DNA of 64,000 nucleotides from assembly GCA_947630675.1 (NCBI GenBank), contig CANRIN010000004.1, forward strand, positions 2,545 through 66,544. Direction: 5' to 3'. Source of the stretch: an uncultured Clostridia bacterium. GTDB taxonomy: Bacteria > Bacillota > Clostridia > Oscillospirales > JAAYOS01. Under the pieces are notes generated by a model. The model was not told where the DNA came from. It did not search any database and saw only the letters and a program-made list of their open reading frames with translations. Shown in pieces: positions 36,482 to 44,757 of the stretch (positions are counted from its first letter, which is position 1; the number at the start of each line of letters is the position of its first letter). A program made the translations under genes and the position numbers.

Positions 36482-37471
36482 ATGGCGTTCGATATCCCGT
36501 CCGAGGCGGCGGATTTTCTCGGCGGTGACCCGGAGAACATGACCCTCGACGAGGGGATAGGCGCGCTCGCGGACGGTATCGCCTCGCGCTCGGGCGGCAT
36601 TCTCCGCGCCGCCGCGCTCCCCGCCGTGACAGTGCTGGCGGCGGCGCTCTTCTGCGGCGTGGCGGAGACCGCGTTCAGTGTGAAGGACAGCGTGATGAAG
36701 GTGATCCCGCTCGCCGGCGCGCTTGCGATAGTCGCGGCGGCGGGCTCCGATCTCGCGGCGCTTTTGAACATGGGTCGGAGTGCGGTGGATACCCTCTCTG
36801 ACTTTTCCAAAGGGCTTCTTGCGTCGCTCGCGGCGGCAGGCGGGCTGCTCGGTTCACCCGGCGGGGCGGCGGCACGGTACACGGCGGCGATGCTCTTCTC
36901 CGGCGCACTCGCAACGGTGATAGAGCGTGTGGCTGTTCCCGCGCTCTACGCCTACGTCGCGGTCATAACGGCGGACGCGGCGGTGGGAGGCGGATCGCTT
37001 GCCGCGCTTGCAAAGCTGATAAAGAGTACGGTGACGGCCGCACTCGGGATGCTGCTTGCGGCATTCACGCTTTACCTGGCCCTGAGCGGCATTGCGGCCG
37101 GGGGCACGGACGCGCTTGCGATAAAGGCGGCAAAGACGGTCATCTCAAATGCCGTTCCGGTGGTGGGCGGAGTGCTGAGCGACGCGAGCGAGACCGTGAT
37201 AGTGTCCACCCGCGCTGTGCGGAGCGCGGCGGGTATAACCGGGCTTGTGACCTTTGCGGCGCTGGTACTCCCTCCGTTTCTGCACATCGGGCTTCGGTAC
37301 CTGTTCCTGAAGCTTGCGGCTGCTGTGAGCCCGCTCGTATGCGAGGGACGGCTCTCGGCGCTTATCGAAAATCTGTCGGGGGCCTTCGGTATGCTTCTCG
37401 GGATGCTGGGGGCGTGTTCGCTCATTACGCTTGTGTCCACGGTGAGCATGATCTCGCTCTCTGCGGGCTAG
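36482..37471 (+). CDS. spoIIIAE: Stage III sporulation protein AE (N-terminus uncertain)
   Basis: Polytopic membrane protein in the SpoIIIAE position. 36482 is the first in-frame ATG downstream of spoIIIAD, but it has no good RBS. A signal-peptide-like segment is encoded in frame upstream (see findings). Confidence 0.7.
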   Translation: MAFDIPSEAADFLGGDPENMTLDEGIGALADGIASRSGGILRAAALPAVTVLAAALFCGVAETAFSVKDSVMKVIPLAGALAIVAAAGSDLAALLNMGRSAVDTLSDFSKGLLASLAAAGGLLGSPGGAAARYTAAMLFSGALATVIERVAVPALYAYVAVITADAAVGGGSLAALAKLIKSTVTAALGMLLAAFTLYLALSGIAAGGTDALAIKAAKTVISNAVPVVGGVLSDASETVIVSTRAVRSAAGITGLVTFAALVLPPFLHIGLRYLFLKLAAAVSPLVCEGRLSALIENLSGAFGMLLGMLGACSLITLVSTVSMISLSAG

Positions 37472-37522
37472 TCAGGCCCGGACAAACCGCGCGGTCCGCG
37501 CGGAGCTCTGTGAGGTTAAACG

Positions 37523-38008
37523 ATGGAATTCATACAGAACTGGATAATAGGAATAAGCGCGGCGTCGATACTCTATGCCGCCGTGTATTCGCTCGCGCCG
37601 GACGGCAGGGCGAAGCGCGCGGTTCGGCTCGCCGGCGGCGCGTGCGTACTGATAGCCGTCTGTGCGCCGATAAGCAGGGTCGACATGAGCAGCCTCGCGC
37701 TCGAAGCAGAGGAGCTCTCGGACGGGTACGCCGCCGAGGCGGAGCGCATGGAGCGCGAGCGCTTCGAGTTCATGCGGTCGGTCATAGAGAAGGAAGCCAA
37801 AGCATATATTTTTGACAAAGCGGACGCGCTTGGGGTGACGTGCGACGTGGACGTGATGTGCTCCGACTCGGAGGGCGTGCCGATACCCGTGTCGCTGCAC
37901 GGAGTCTGGTCGGGAGAGGAGGACGCGCGCGAGCGCCTTGCGGAAGCCGTGGCGCGCGACCTCGGCATACCGCGCGCGTCGCAGAGCTGGGGAGCTGACG
38001 GCGGATGA
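37523..38008 (+). CDS. spoIIIAF: Stage III sporulation protein AF
   Basis: 161 aa with two N-terminal TM helices (IQNWIIGISAASILYAAV...). Position fits SpoIIIAF. Confidence 0.75.
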   Translation: MEFIQNWIIGISAASILYAAVYSLAPDGRAKRAVRLAGGACVLIAVCAPISRVDMSSLALEAEELSDGYAAEAERMERERFEFMRSVIEKEAKAYIFDKADALGVTCDVDVMCSDSEGVPIPVSLHGVWSGEEDARERLAEAVARDLGIPRASQSWGADGG

Positions 38009-38517
38009 AGGCGGAAGTTCTGAAGAAGCTCTCGGAGGCGGTAAAGCGGTACAGGTATATGCTGCTCGTCATTGCGGCGGGACTGCTGCTTCTGCTGCTT
38101 CCTACCGGGAAAAAGACGGAGACCGAGCCCGCCGCCGCGCCGGACTACGAAGCCTTTGAGCTCGCGGAATTCGAGAGTCGGATAGAGAGCGCGCTCGAGA
38201 AGATAGACGGCGTGGGAAAAACGGAGGTGGTTCTGACACTGGGGTCCACAATGGAGACTGTCTACCAGTCCGACCTTACAAGCGACGAGCGGGACGGCTC
38301 CGCGTCCCGCAGGAGCGACACGGTGCTCGAAAACTCCGGCTCCGGCACGCAGTCGGCGGTAGTACGGGAGCGGATATATCCCAAGTTTCGCGGAGCGCTC
38401 GTAGTGTGCGAAGGAGCCTCGAGCGCGAGCGTGCGTCTTGAGGTGACCCGGGCGGTGGAGACGCTTACTGGGCTTTCCGGCGACAGCATCACCGTGCTCA
38501 GGCGCGGAGCAGACTGA
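38005..38517 (+). CDS. spoIIIAG: Stage III sporulation protein AG
   Basis: N-terminal TM. The C-terminal ring-building motif region (LEKIDGVGKTEVVLTL ... YPKFRGALVVCEG) is typical of SpoIIIAG. Confidence 0.8.
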   Translation: MKAEVLKKLSEAVKRYRYMLLVIAAGLLLLLLPTGKKTETEPAAAPDYEAFELAEFESRIESALEKIDGVGKTEVVLTLGSTMETVYQSDLTSDERDGSASRRSDTVLENSGSGTQSAVVRERIYPKFRGALVVCEGASSASVRLEVTRAVETLTGLSGDSITVLRRGAD

Positions 38518-38541
38518 TCTATAAAGAGAGGAGTTCAGACA

Positions 38542-39156
38542 ATGAAGAACGCAAAGATTTGGAAGAAAAACGCGGTGCTTGCCACCGTCATACTGTTCGT
38601 ATGCGTGGCGGTGTACCTCAACTGGTCCTACGGGAGGGACGCCGCGGCCGTGGCGGAGGTCTCGCCATCGCCGTCGGAGGCGTTGGGCACGAAGGTGTCG
38701 GGCGGCGAAGAGGGCGGCTCCGCAGAGCTCTCGGCTGTGGGAGTGAGCACCGAGCCGGCGGCGGCCGACCCGTCGGGGGAGGCGTCCGAAACGGACGCGG
38801 AGGCAAACGAGTACTTTGCCGAAGCGCGCCTCAGCCGCGAGCAGGCACGGGCAAGCTCGATAGCGATACTCCGCGAGTCGGGCGAGACGGAAGCCGCGTC
38901 GCAGGAGGCGCGGGACGAGTCGATAGCGGCGGCAAACCTCATCGCCGCGAACGCTCTCAAGGAGGCGGAGATCGAGGGTCTCGTCATGGCGAAGGGGTTT
39001 GGGGACTGCGTCGCGTACATATCCGACGGCGGGATAGACGTCATCGTCGCCGAGCCGGAGGGAGGGCTTGTCAGCGAGCAGGTCTCGCAGATAAAAGACA
39101 TAGTCCTCAGCAAGACGGACATCCCGATAGAGAACGTGAGGATAGTCGGGGCATAA
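38542..39156 (+). CDS. spoIIIAH: Stage III sporulation protein AH
   Basis: N-terminal TM, acidic linker, and a YscJ/FliF-like C-terminal domain (YFAEARLSREQARA...IEGLVMAKGF). Last gene of the operon. Confidence 0.75.
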   Translation: MKNAKIWKKNAVLATVILFVCVAVYLNWSYGRDAAAVAEVSPSPSEALGTKVSGGEEGGSAELSAVGVSTEPAAADPSGEASETDAEANEYFAEARLSREQARASSIAILRESGETEAASQEARDESIAAANLIAANALKEAEIEGLVMAKGFGDCVAYISDGGIDVIVAEPEGGLVSEQVSQIKDIVLSKTDIPIENVRIVGA

Positions 39157-39163
39157 CAAAACG

Positions 39164-39197
39164 GCGGACGGCTGAATGGACAGACGTCCGCTTTTTT
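39164..39197 (+). terminator. Rho-independent terminator after spoIIIAH
   Basis: GCGGACG (39164-39170) pairs with CGTCCGC (39185-39191), followed by TTTTTT. Confidence 0.7.
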
Positions 39198-39253
39198 GCG
39201 TCCGCACGGCGGGAAACATAGACGGCAAACACCTTGTCTTTTTTTTTAGTCCG

Positions 39254-39262
39254 TGTTATAAT
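39254..39262 (+). promoter_or_regulatory. Extended -10 promoter element (TGTTATAAT) for the asp23-nusB-xseAB-ispA operon
   Basis: TGnTATAAT at 39254-39262. The same 10-mer GTGTTATAAT recurs in front of the ncRNA at 44011-44020. Confidence 0.4.
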
Positions 39263-39310
39263 CTGAATGTATGCGGAGTAACCGCCGCAATTTGCTTTGG
39301 GGGTGCGGAA

Positions 39311-39649
39311 ATGCCCGACAATAAGGAATATATCAGAAGCGAGGACGAATTCGGAAGCATCAGCATATCCGAGGAAGTGATATGCTCCATCGCGTCCGCC
39401 GCCGTGGGCGAAGTGAAGGAATTTACGCTCGCGGGCGGAAGGGGCAGAGCCGTGCGCGTGACGCTCGGAGACGCTTCCGCCTCGGTCGACATAGCGGTAT
39501 CCGTGAAGAGCGGAACTAAGATCCCCGTCGCGGCGGCCGCGCTGCAGAAGTCGGTCGCGCAGGCGCTCGAGGCCATGGCGGGGCTTCCGACGGATGCGGT
39601 AAACATTCACGTCGTAGGGCTTGACCCGGTGGAGGAAAAGAATCGATGA
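39311..39649 (+). CDS. Asp23/Gls24-family alkaline shock protein
   Basis: The start is trimmed to ATG 39311. ISISEEVICSIASAAVGEV is the Asp23 N-terminal signature. This family commonly precedes nusB in Firmicutes. Confidence 0.8.
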   Translation: MPDNKEYIRSEDEFGSISISEEVICSIASAAVGEVKEFTLAGGRGRAVRVTLGDASASVDIAVSVKSGTKIPVAAAALQKSVAQALEAMAGLPTDAVNIHVVGLDPVEEKNR

Positions 39650-40143
39650 CAAGACGTGCCGCGCGCGAGGCAGCGCTGCAGATAGTTTTCGAGATGAGCT
39701 TCAAGCTGCCGTATGAGGCAGCAAACTGGCGCCTCAGTGACGACGGACTGAAGAGCCTCTCCGACCAGACAGAGCTTTTCGGTATGCCGATAGACAGCGA
39801 TTCTCTCGGCTACATAAACGCGGTCGTAAACAACATCGTCGAGCACTACGATGAGATAGACGGATTTATTTCGAAGTATTCCCACGGATGGAAGATCTCG
39901 CGGATAAGCCGGATATGCCTTGCCGTGCTGCGGCTGTGCATCTGCGAGCTCAGATACATGGGCGACACGGTGCCGGCCTCGGTCGCGATAAACGAGGCCA
40001 TACGCATGCTCAAGTGCTACGATGCGGACGACAGCTCCGCCTTTGTAAACGGCATCCTCGGCGCGTACTACCGCGCGGAGCACGGCGGCGATGCGCCGGA
40101 GACTGCGGAGAAAGCGCTTGGGGCGGAGGAAGAGGTAAAGTGA
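39646..40143 (+). CDS. nusB: Transcription antitermination factor NusB
   Basis: RRAAREAALQIVFE...ILRLCICELRY...VAINEAIRMLKCY...FVNGIL are canonical NusB motifs. Confidence 0.9.
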   Translation: MTRRAAREAALQIVFEMSFKLPYEAANWRLSDDGLKSLSDQTELFGMPIDSDSLGYINAVVNNIVEHYDEIDGFISKYSHGWKISRISRICLAVLRLCICELRYMGDTVPASVAINEAIRMLKCYDADDSSAFVNGILGAYYRAEHGGDAPETAEKALGAEEEVK

Positions 40144-41078
40144 GCTTGTTTGTCGGCTTCGACACCTCGAATTACACGACCTCGATAGCTGCCGTAAGCG
40201 GTGGCGAGGTCATCGGAAGGAAACGTCTGCTCGACGTGAAGCCGGGGGAGCTCGGTCTGCGCCAGAGCGACGCGGTGTTCGCTCACACAAAACGCCTCCC
40301 CGAGCTTGCGGAGGCGCTGTTTTCATGCATCAGCGGAGAACTCTCCGCCGTCGCGGCGTCTACGCGTCCGCGCGCCGTCGAGGGTTCATACATGCCCTGC
40401 TTTCTCGTAGGAGAGGGGCAGGGAAGGACGCTTGCGGCGGCTGCGGGCGTTCCGTTCTACGCGGTGTCGCACCAGCAGGGACATATCGCCGCCGCCGCGT
40501 GGTCGGCGGGTAGTTTTGGGCTGCTCGAGCGAGAGTTCCTCGCGTACCACGTCTCGGGCGGCACTACCGAGCTTCTTCACGTCGTGCCGGGGGAGGACGG
40601 GCTTCCGGTCTGCCGCCGCGCCGGCGGGACGGCAGACCTCGCGGCGGGACAGGTGATAGACCGCTGCGGCGTCGCGCTCGGACTCGGGTTCCCGGCGGGG
40701 CCGGAGCTTGAACGCCTTGCCCTGGAAAGCGGACCGGTAAAGCCGTTCCTCCCGAGAGCGTCCGGCGGTGATTTCTCGCTTTCCGGAATAGAAAACAAGT
40801 TCAAAGAGCTGATAGGTACAAAACCGCCGGAGTATATCGCACGGTTTGTGATAGAAAGCGTGTCGGCGGTGCTCGAGCGCGCGGCGGCGCGCGCTCTTGA
40901 GGAGCGTCCCGGTCTTGAGCTTCTCTGTGCGGGCGGCGTAATGTCCAACAGTATAATACGCGCGCGCTTCGAGGAGAGGTTCGGCGCACACTTCGCGGAG
41001 CCGTCCTTTTCAAGCGACAATGCCTGCGGCGTCGCGCTGCTCGCGGAGAGACTGTTCGTAAGGGAGGGGAGAGGATGA
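40140..41078 (+). CDS. Short Kae1/TsaD-family (ASKHA fold, peptidase M22-like) paralogue of unknown function
   Basis: The start is trimmed to GTG 40140, which has a GGAGGA RBS and overlaps the nusB stop. FVGFDTSNYTTS, HQQGH metal-site-like motif, VSGGTTE and AGGVMSN resemble TsaD. The protein is about 312 aa and distinct from the bona fide tsaD at 21239. Confidence 0.7.
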   Translation: MSLFVGFDTSNYTTSIAAVSGGEVIGRKRLLDVKPGELGLRQSDAVFAHTKRLPELAEALFSCISGELSAVAASTRPRAVEGSYMPCFLVGEGQGRTLAAAAGVPFYAVSHQQGHIAAAAWSAGSFGLLEREFLAYHVSGGTTELLHVVPGEDGLPVCRRAGGTADLAAGQVIDRCGVALGLGFPAGPELERLALESGPVKPFLPRASGGDFSLSGIENKFKELIGTKPPEYIARFVIESVSAVLERAAARALEERPGLELLCAGGVMSNSIIRARFEERFGAHFAEPSFSSDNACGVALLAERLFVREGRG

Positions 41079-42334
41079 ACCGCACCGTCTACACCGTCTC
41101 TGAGATAACGTATCACGTCAAAATGCTCGTCGAGAGCGACCGCGCCCTCGCGGACGTCTACGTCTCGGGCGAGCTGTCAAACTACAAGACCTATCCCTCC
41201 GGCCACCACTACTTTACCCTCAAGGACGCGGAGAGCACTCTGAAATGCGTGATGTTCCGCGGAGACGCGTCCAAGCTGCGCTTCAAGCCGGAGAGCGGGA
41301 TGAAGGTCATCATACGCGGCCGCGTCGCTGTCTACCCGCGCGACGGCGCGTATCAGCTCTATGCCTCCGAGATGATCCCGGACGGGTTGGGGGCGCTCTA
41401 CGTCGCCTACGAGCAGCTGAAGCAGAAGCTCGAGAAAAAGGGGTACTTTGACGAGTCGCACAAGAAGCCCATACCGAGGTACCCCGGTAAGATATGCCTT
41501 GTCACCTCGCCCGCCGGCGCGGCGGTGAGGGACATGCTCCGCATCCTCGGCGGACGCTGGCCGGCGGCGGAGGTCGTGATAGTCCCGACGCGCGTCCAGG
41601 GCGAGGAGGCGCCAGCGGAGATAGCGGCCGGCATCGACTATGTAAATAAACACATCACCTGCGACCTTATCATCACGGGACGCGGCGGCGGTTCGATAGA
41701 GGACCTGTGGGCGTTCAACGACGAGCGTGTGGCGGACGCCATCTTCCGCTCGCAGATACCGGTGATAAGCGCCGTCGGGCACGAGCCGGACTTCACTATA
41801 TCCGACTCTGTGGCGGACCTCCGCGCGGCGACGCCGTCGAACGCGGCGGAGCTCGCCGTCCCGGATGCGGACGAGGTAAGGATACAGCTTGACGGCATAG
41901 GCGCGCGGCTCCGCGCGCTCGCCGACCGGCACATACGGCTTGCGCGGATACGTCTCGATGCGCTCGCTAAAAAGCCGGTATTCTCCGGCCCGGAGGGGAC
42001 GCTCCGCGAGAGGCGGCACCGCCTCGAGCTCGCGGAAAATGCCTTTTTCGTCGCGGCGGAGAAGAGAGTGGAACGGGAAAGAGCGAGACTTTCGAGGATA
42101 GCGGCGTCGCTCGACGCGCTAAGTCCGCTCGCGGTTCTTGCGCGCGGATACGCCATCGCAAGCCTTCCGGACGGAACGGCGGTCCGCAGCGTAAAGACGC
42201 TGAAGCCGGGAATGACGCTCCGGCTGAGATTTTCGGACGGAACGGCGGAGGCGGCGGTTCTTGGCGGCGCGCCGAAGCGGCGCGCGAGAGCCGCCGACCC
42301 GGGCGAAACGCCCGAACAGCTTGAGATAGGTTGA
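41075..42334 (+). CDS. xseA: Exodeoxyribonuclease VII large subunit
   Basis: OB-fold N-terminus (VYVSGELSNYKTYPSGHHYFTLKD) and catalytic core (ITGRGGGSIEDLWAFNDE, SAVGHEPD). Confidence 0.9.
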   Translation: MNRTVYTVSEITYHVKMLVESDRALADVYVSGELSNYKTYPSGHHYFTLKDAESTLKCVMFRGDASKLRFKPESGMKVIIRGRVAVYPRDGAYQLYASEMIPDGLGALYVAYEQLKQKLEKKGYFDESHKKPIPRYPGKICLVTSPAGAAVRDMLRILGGRWPAAEVVIVPTRVQGEEAPAEIAAGIDYVNKHITCDLIITGRGGGSIEDLWAFNDERVADAIFRSQIPVISAVGHEPDFTISDSVADLRAATPSNAAELAVPDADEVRIQLDGIGARLRALADRHIRLARIRLDALAKKPVFSGPEGTLRERRHRLELAENAFFVAAEKRVERERARLSRIAASLDALSPLAVLARGYAIASLPDGTAVRSVKTLKPGMTLRLRFSDGTAEAAVLGGAPKRRARAADPGETPEQLEIG

Positions 42335-42354
42335 TAAACTTCCGAGGTGATAAT

Positions 42355-42597
42355 ATGGCGGAAAAGAAGAAACTGAGCTTTGAACAGTCGTTAAAGAGGC
42401 TTGAGGAGATAGCTGCGCTGCTCGAAAACGGTGAGACGCCGATAGAGGAGTCGCTGAAGCTGTTTGAAGAGGGCGCGGCGCTTCTGGCGGACTGCAGCAA
42501 GGTCCTCGAGGAGGCGGAGAAAAAGGTAAGTATCCTCGTCGGTACGTCCGACGGAGGCGAGCCGGTCACGGAGCCGTTCGGGGGAGCGGAAGAATGA
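42355..42597 (+). CDS. xseB: Exodeoxyribonuclease VII small subunit
   Basis: The start is trimmed to ATG 42355, which has a GAGGTG RBS. LSFEQSLKRLEEIAALLENGE..LEESLKLFEEG is typical of XseB. Confidence 0.85.
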   Translation: MAEKKKLSFEQSLKRLEEIAALLENGETPIEESLKLFEEGAALLADCSKVLEEAEKKVSILVGTSDGGEPVTEPFGGAEE

Positions 42598-43463
42598 GCG
42601 CGCACCGGGACGCGCTTGCGCGGGAAGTAAATACCGCGCTTGACTCGCTTCTGCCGGAGGGCGGCGAGACGTCGCGCCTGTACGAGGCGATGCGTTACAG
42701 CCTCACTGGCGGCGGAAAGCGCCTCCGTGCGTTGATGCTCCTCGAGTTCTGCGAGCTTTTCGGAGGCGACAGGGAGCTTGCGATGAAGTTCGCATGCGCT
42801 ATAGAGTGCATCCACGCCTACTCGCTCATCCACGACGACCTGCCCTGCATGGACGACGACGATATGCGGCGCGGAAAGCCGTCCTGTCATATAGCCTTCG
42901 GGGAGAACGTTGCCGTGCTTGCCGGCGACGCGCTCCAGACCTTTGCCTTCGAGCAGATGGCGCTCGCGGCGGCGGAGCATCCGGCGGAGGGACTCGAGGC
43001 GCTGCGCGTCGCGGCATGCGCTGCCGGTCCCGCGGGAATGTGCGGCGGACAGCTCCTCGACCTTGAGAACGAGACGCGGCGCGCCTCCCGCGCGCGGCTT
43101 GAGACGACCTGCGCGCTCAAGACCGGCGCGCTCATCTCCGCCGCCTGCGAGATAGGCGCGATACTCGGCGGAGCGGACAGTGATGGCCGCAAGGCAGCGT
43201 GTCGGTACGCGGAGGGCGTCGGCCTCGCGTTTCAGGTGATGGACGACCTGCTCGACGTAGTCGGCAGCGCCGAGAGCTTCGGCAAGGCTACCGGCGCGGA
43301 CGAACGGCGCGGAAAGAGCACGTTTGCCTCCGAGCTCGGCACGGAGGAGTGCGAAAGGCTCATCCGCTCCCTCACGGACGGAGCGGTTGCGGCGATAAAG
43401 GACATACCCGGCTCGGAAGAACTCGTGGCGCTTGCCGAAGAGCTCGCCCGGCGCAGCTTCTAG
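42594..43463 (+). CDS. ispA: Farnesyl diphosphate synthase (geranyltranstransferase)
   Basis: First and second Asp-rich motifs: LIHDDLPCMDDDDMRRG and FQVMDDLLD. Confidence 0.9.
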   Translation: MSAHRDALAREVNTALDSLLPEGGETSRLYEAMRYSLTGGGKRLRALMLLEFCELFGGDRELAMKFACAIECIHAYSLIHDDLPCMDDDDMRRGKPSCHIAFGENVAVLAGDALQTFAFEQMALAAAEHPAEGLEALRVAACAAGPAGMCGGQLLDLENETRRASRARLETTCALKTGALISAACEIGAILGGADSDGRKAACRYAEGVGLAFQVMDDLLDVVGSAESFGKATGADERRGKSTFASELGTEECERLIRSLTDGAVAAIKDIPGSEELVALAEELARRSF

Positions 43464-43479
43464 GCGGAAAGGGGACAAG

Positions 43480-43950
43480 ATGTTTACTCCGTATCTGCTT
43501 ATATCCACGGCGGTGAGCTTTCTCACCGGCAACCGGATAGTAAACGCCGCCGTCGTCGCATGGCTCATAGCCCAGGTGACGAAGGTGGCCATAGAGTCGC
43601 TTCGCCTGAAGAAATTCGTGTGGCGGCGGTTCTTTGTCGGCTCGGGCGGGATGCCCAGCTCGCACTCGGCCTGCGTCTGCGCGGCGACAGTCGCCGTCGC
43701 GCGAGTGGCGGGGATACAGAGCGTTGAGTTCGGGATATCCGCGATATTTGCGTTTATAGTCATCTTTGACGCGGTGAACGTACGCCGGGCGGCAGGCGAG
43801 CACTCCCACGTTCTGAACGTCATGATACAGAGCGCGGACAAGCAGTCCCCGGAGCTGTTCGGCAGACAGATGAAGGAGCTGCTTGGGCACACGCCGCTTC
43901 AGGTATTCGTGGGGATACTGCTCGGCGCCGCCGTAGGTTTCTTCATGTGA
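43480..43950 (+). CDS. Divergent PAP2 / DUF212 (YuiD-like) membrane protein
   Basis: The start is trimmed to ATG 43480. NAAVVAWLIAQ..K......GGMPSSHSA...FDAVNVRR..GEH is the DUF212 (acid phosphatase/vanadium haloperoxidase-related) signature. Confidence 0.8.
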   Translation: MFTPYLLISTAVSFLTGNRIVNAAVVAWLIAQVTKVAIESLRLKKFVWRRFFVGSGGMPSSHSACVCAATVAVARVAGIQSVEFGISAIFAFIVIFDAVNVRRAAGEHSHVLNVMIQSADKQSPELFGRQMKELLGHTPLQVFVGILLGAAVGFFM

Positions 43951-43984
43951 CCGCGGCTGTCTAATTAGTTAAACAGATTTTATT

Positions 43985-44015
43985 CCTCCCCTTGAATAAA
44001 GGGGAGGTTTGTGTT
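43985..44015 (+). terminator. Rho-independent terminator ending the nusB-ispA-yuiD-like operon
   Basis: CCTCCCC (43985-43991) pairs with GGGGAGG (44001-44007), followed by TTTGTGTT. Confidence 0.7.
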
Positions 44016-44020
44016 ATAAT
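44012..44020 (+). promoter_or_regulatory. Extended -10 promoter (TGTTATAAT) in front of the large ncRNA
   Basis: TGnTATAAT at 44012-44020, overlapping the terminator tail. The predicted transcription start is around 44027. Confidence 0.45.
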
Positions 44021-44027
44021 AAGAAAC

Positions 44028-44665
44028 TGCATAATGGTGGCGCAGTATCCTAGTCAGAGCATCCGGCTCCTAGGACGGGCCTAAAAATCCGTTGAAGGGC
44101 ACATCGATGAAGTCCCTGGTGTTTGCTTCTTTCGCCCAGACTGGGGTGGATGCTGGGGGTTAAGGTTTCAGGGCGGCTTGCAACGGCATGCATCCCCCGA
44201 CCCTGTTTCCGTGGAGACCCGTTATTGTGCCGTACTCCCATCGGACGCGCGAAAGTGCCCCGGGGTAATCGGGTACGAGACGGGGTGAAACCTGTATTGC
44301 GGTGCGAAAGGTCGCTTGCGACCCGTGTAGCGCTGTGTGCAGCGTAGCCTGCCTTGAGTGGGCATGGCGGATCCGGGATCAGACTCGTCTGCCGCCGGCC
44401 GCGGCGGACGAGTTATCGCTCGAAGAAATCATGCCTGCAAAAGAGGCTAAGAGTCGGTTTGCCTGCAGTGGAAAACACCTAGGCTGTCCGCGGCGAAAGT
44501 CGGGGGCGGCGAGAGGATTGCAGTACGGACTAAGTGGTAATCCGGTACCCATTTTGGGCGAGGGCTTCAAAGGGAAACCGCCCTCTGCGGCGACGCGGGG
44601 CAGCCCTCCGTGGAAATCAGACCGGACCTAAGCCGTAAGATTTACTTTCGCTGCCGCCACTTTAT
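44028..44665 (+). ncRNA. ole: Large structured non-coding RNA; best interpretation is OLE (ornate, large, extremophilic) RNA
   Basis: About 800 bp without a credible ORF or RBS inside a compact operon. A terminal helix (44037-44045 with 44651-44660) encloses ~620 nt dense in hairpins, including GAAA and CTTG tetraloops and a 13-bp stem at 44383-44413. The flanking order ispA...[RNA]-[4-TM protein]-dxs-tlyA-nadK-argR-recN equals the published OLE/oapA context. Ends are approximate (+/-30 nt). No covariance-model search was run. Confidence 0.7.
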
Positions 44666-44757
44666 TATGCTCCCGTGCGGACGTTGTCCGCGCGCCGCCG
44701 TCTATGCGGCGGAAGCTTTATTTCATACAACTTTTTGTTTCAAGGAGCGATATCGAT

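Noticed and set aside
37573-39228. 551-aa minus-strand ORF
   Set aside because: It is antisense to spoIIIAF through spoIIIAH, and its Arg-rich translation is not protein-like.
41967-43892. 641-aa minus-strand ORF spanning xseA, xseB, ispA and the yuiD-like gene
   Set aside because: It is antisense to four well-supported genes. The composition is low-complexity and Arg/Ser/Ala/Pro-rich, and it crosses gene boundaries. It is a shadow ORF.
44050-44631. Short ORFs inside the ncRNA region (44050-44241 minus, 44123-44347 plus, 44302-44631 plus, 44379-44570 minus)
   Set aside because: They have no RBS and an Arg/Cys/Pro-rich composition. The frames overlap each other within a region whose sequence is better explained by dense base-pairing.
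44028-44665. Alternative identities for the large RNA: RNase P RNA, tmRNA, 6S RNA, T-box, group II intron
   Set aside because: It is too long for RNase P, tmRNA or 6S RNA. I see no GAGGAAAGTCC-type RNase P core, no tRNA-like end with a tag reading frame, and no T-box specifier/antiterminator layout. No intron-encoded reverse transcriptase or domain V-like element is present. The synteny points specifically to OLE.
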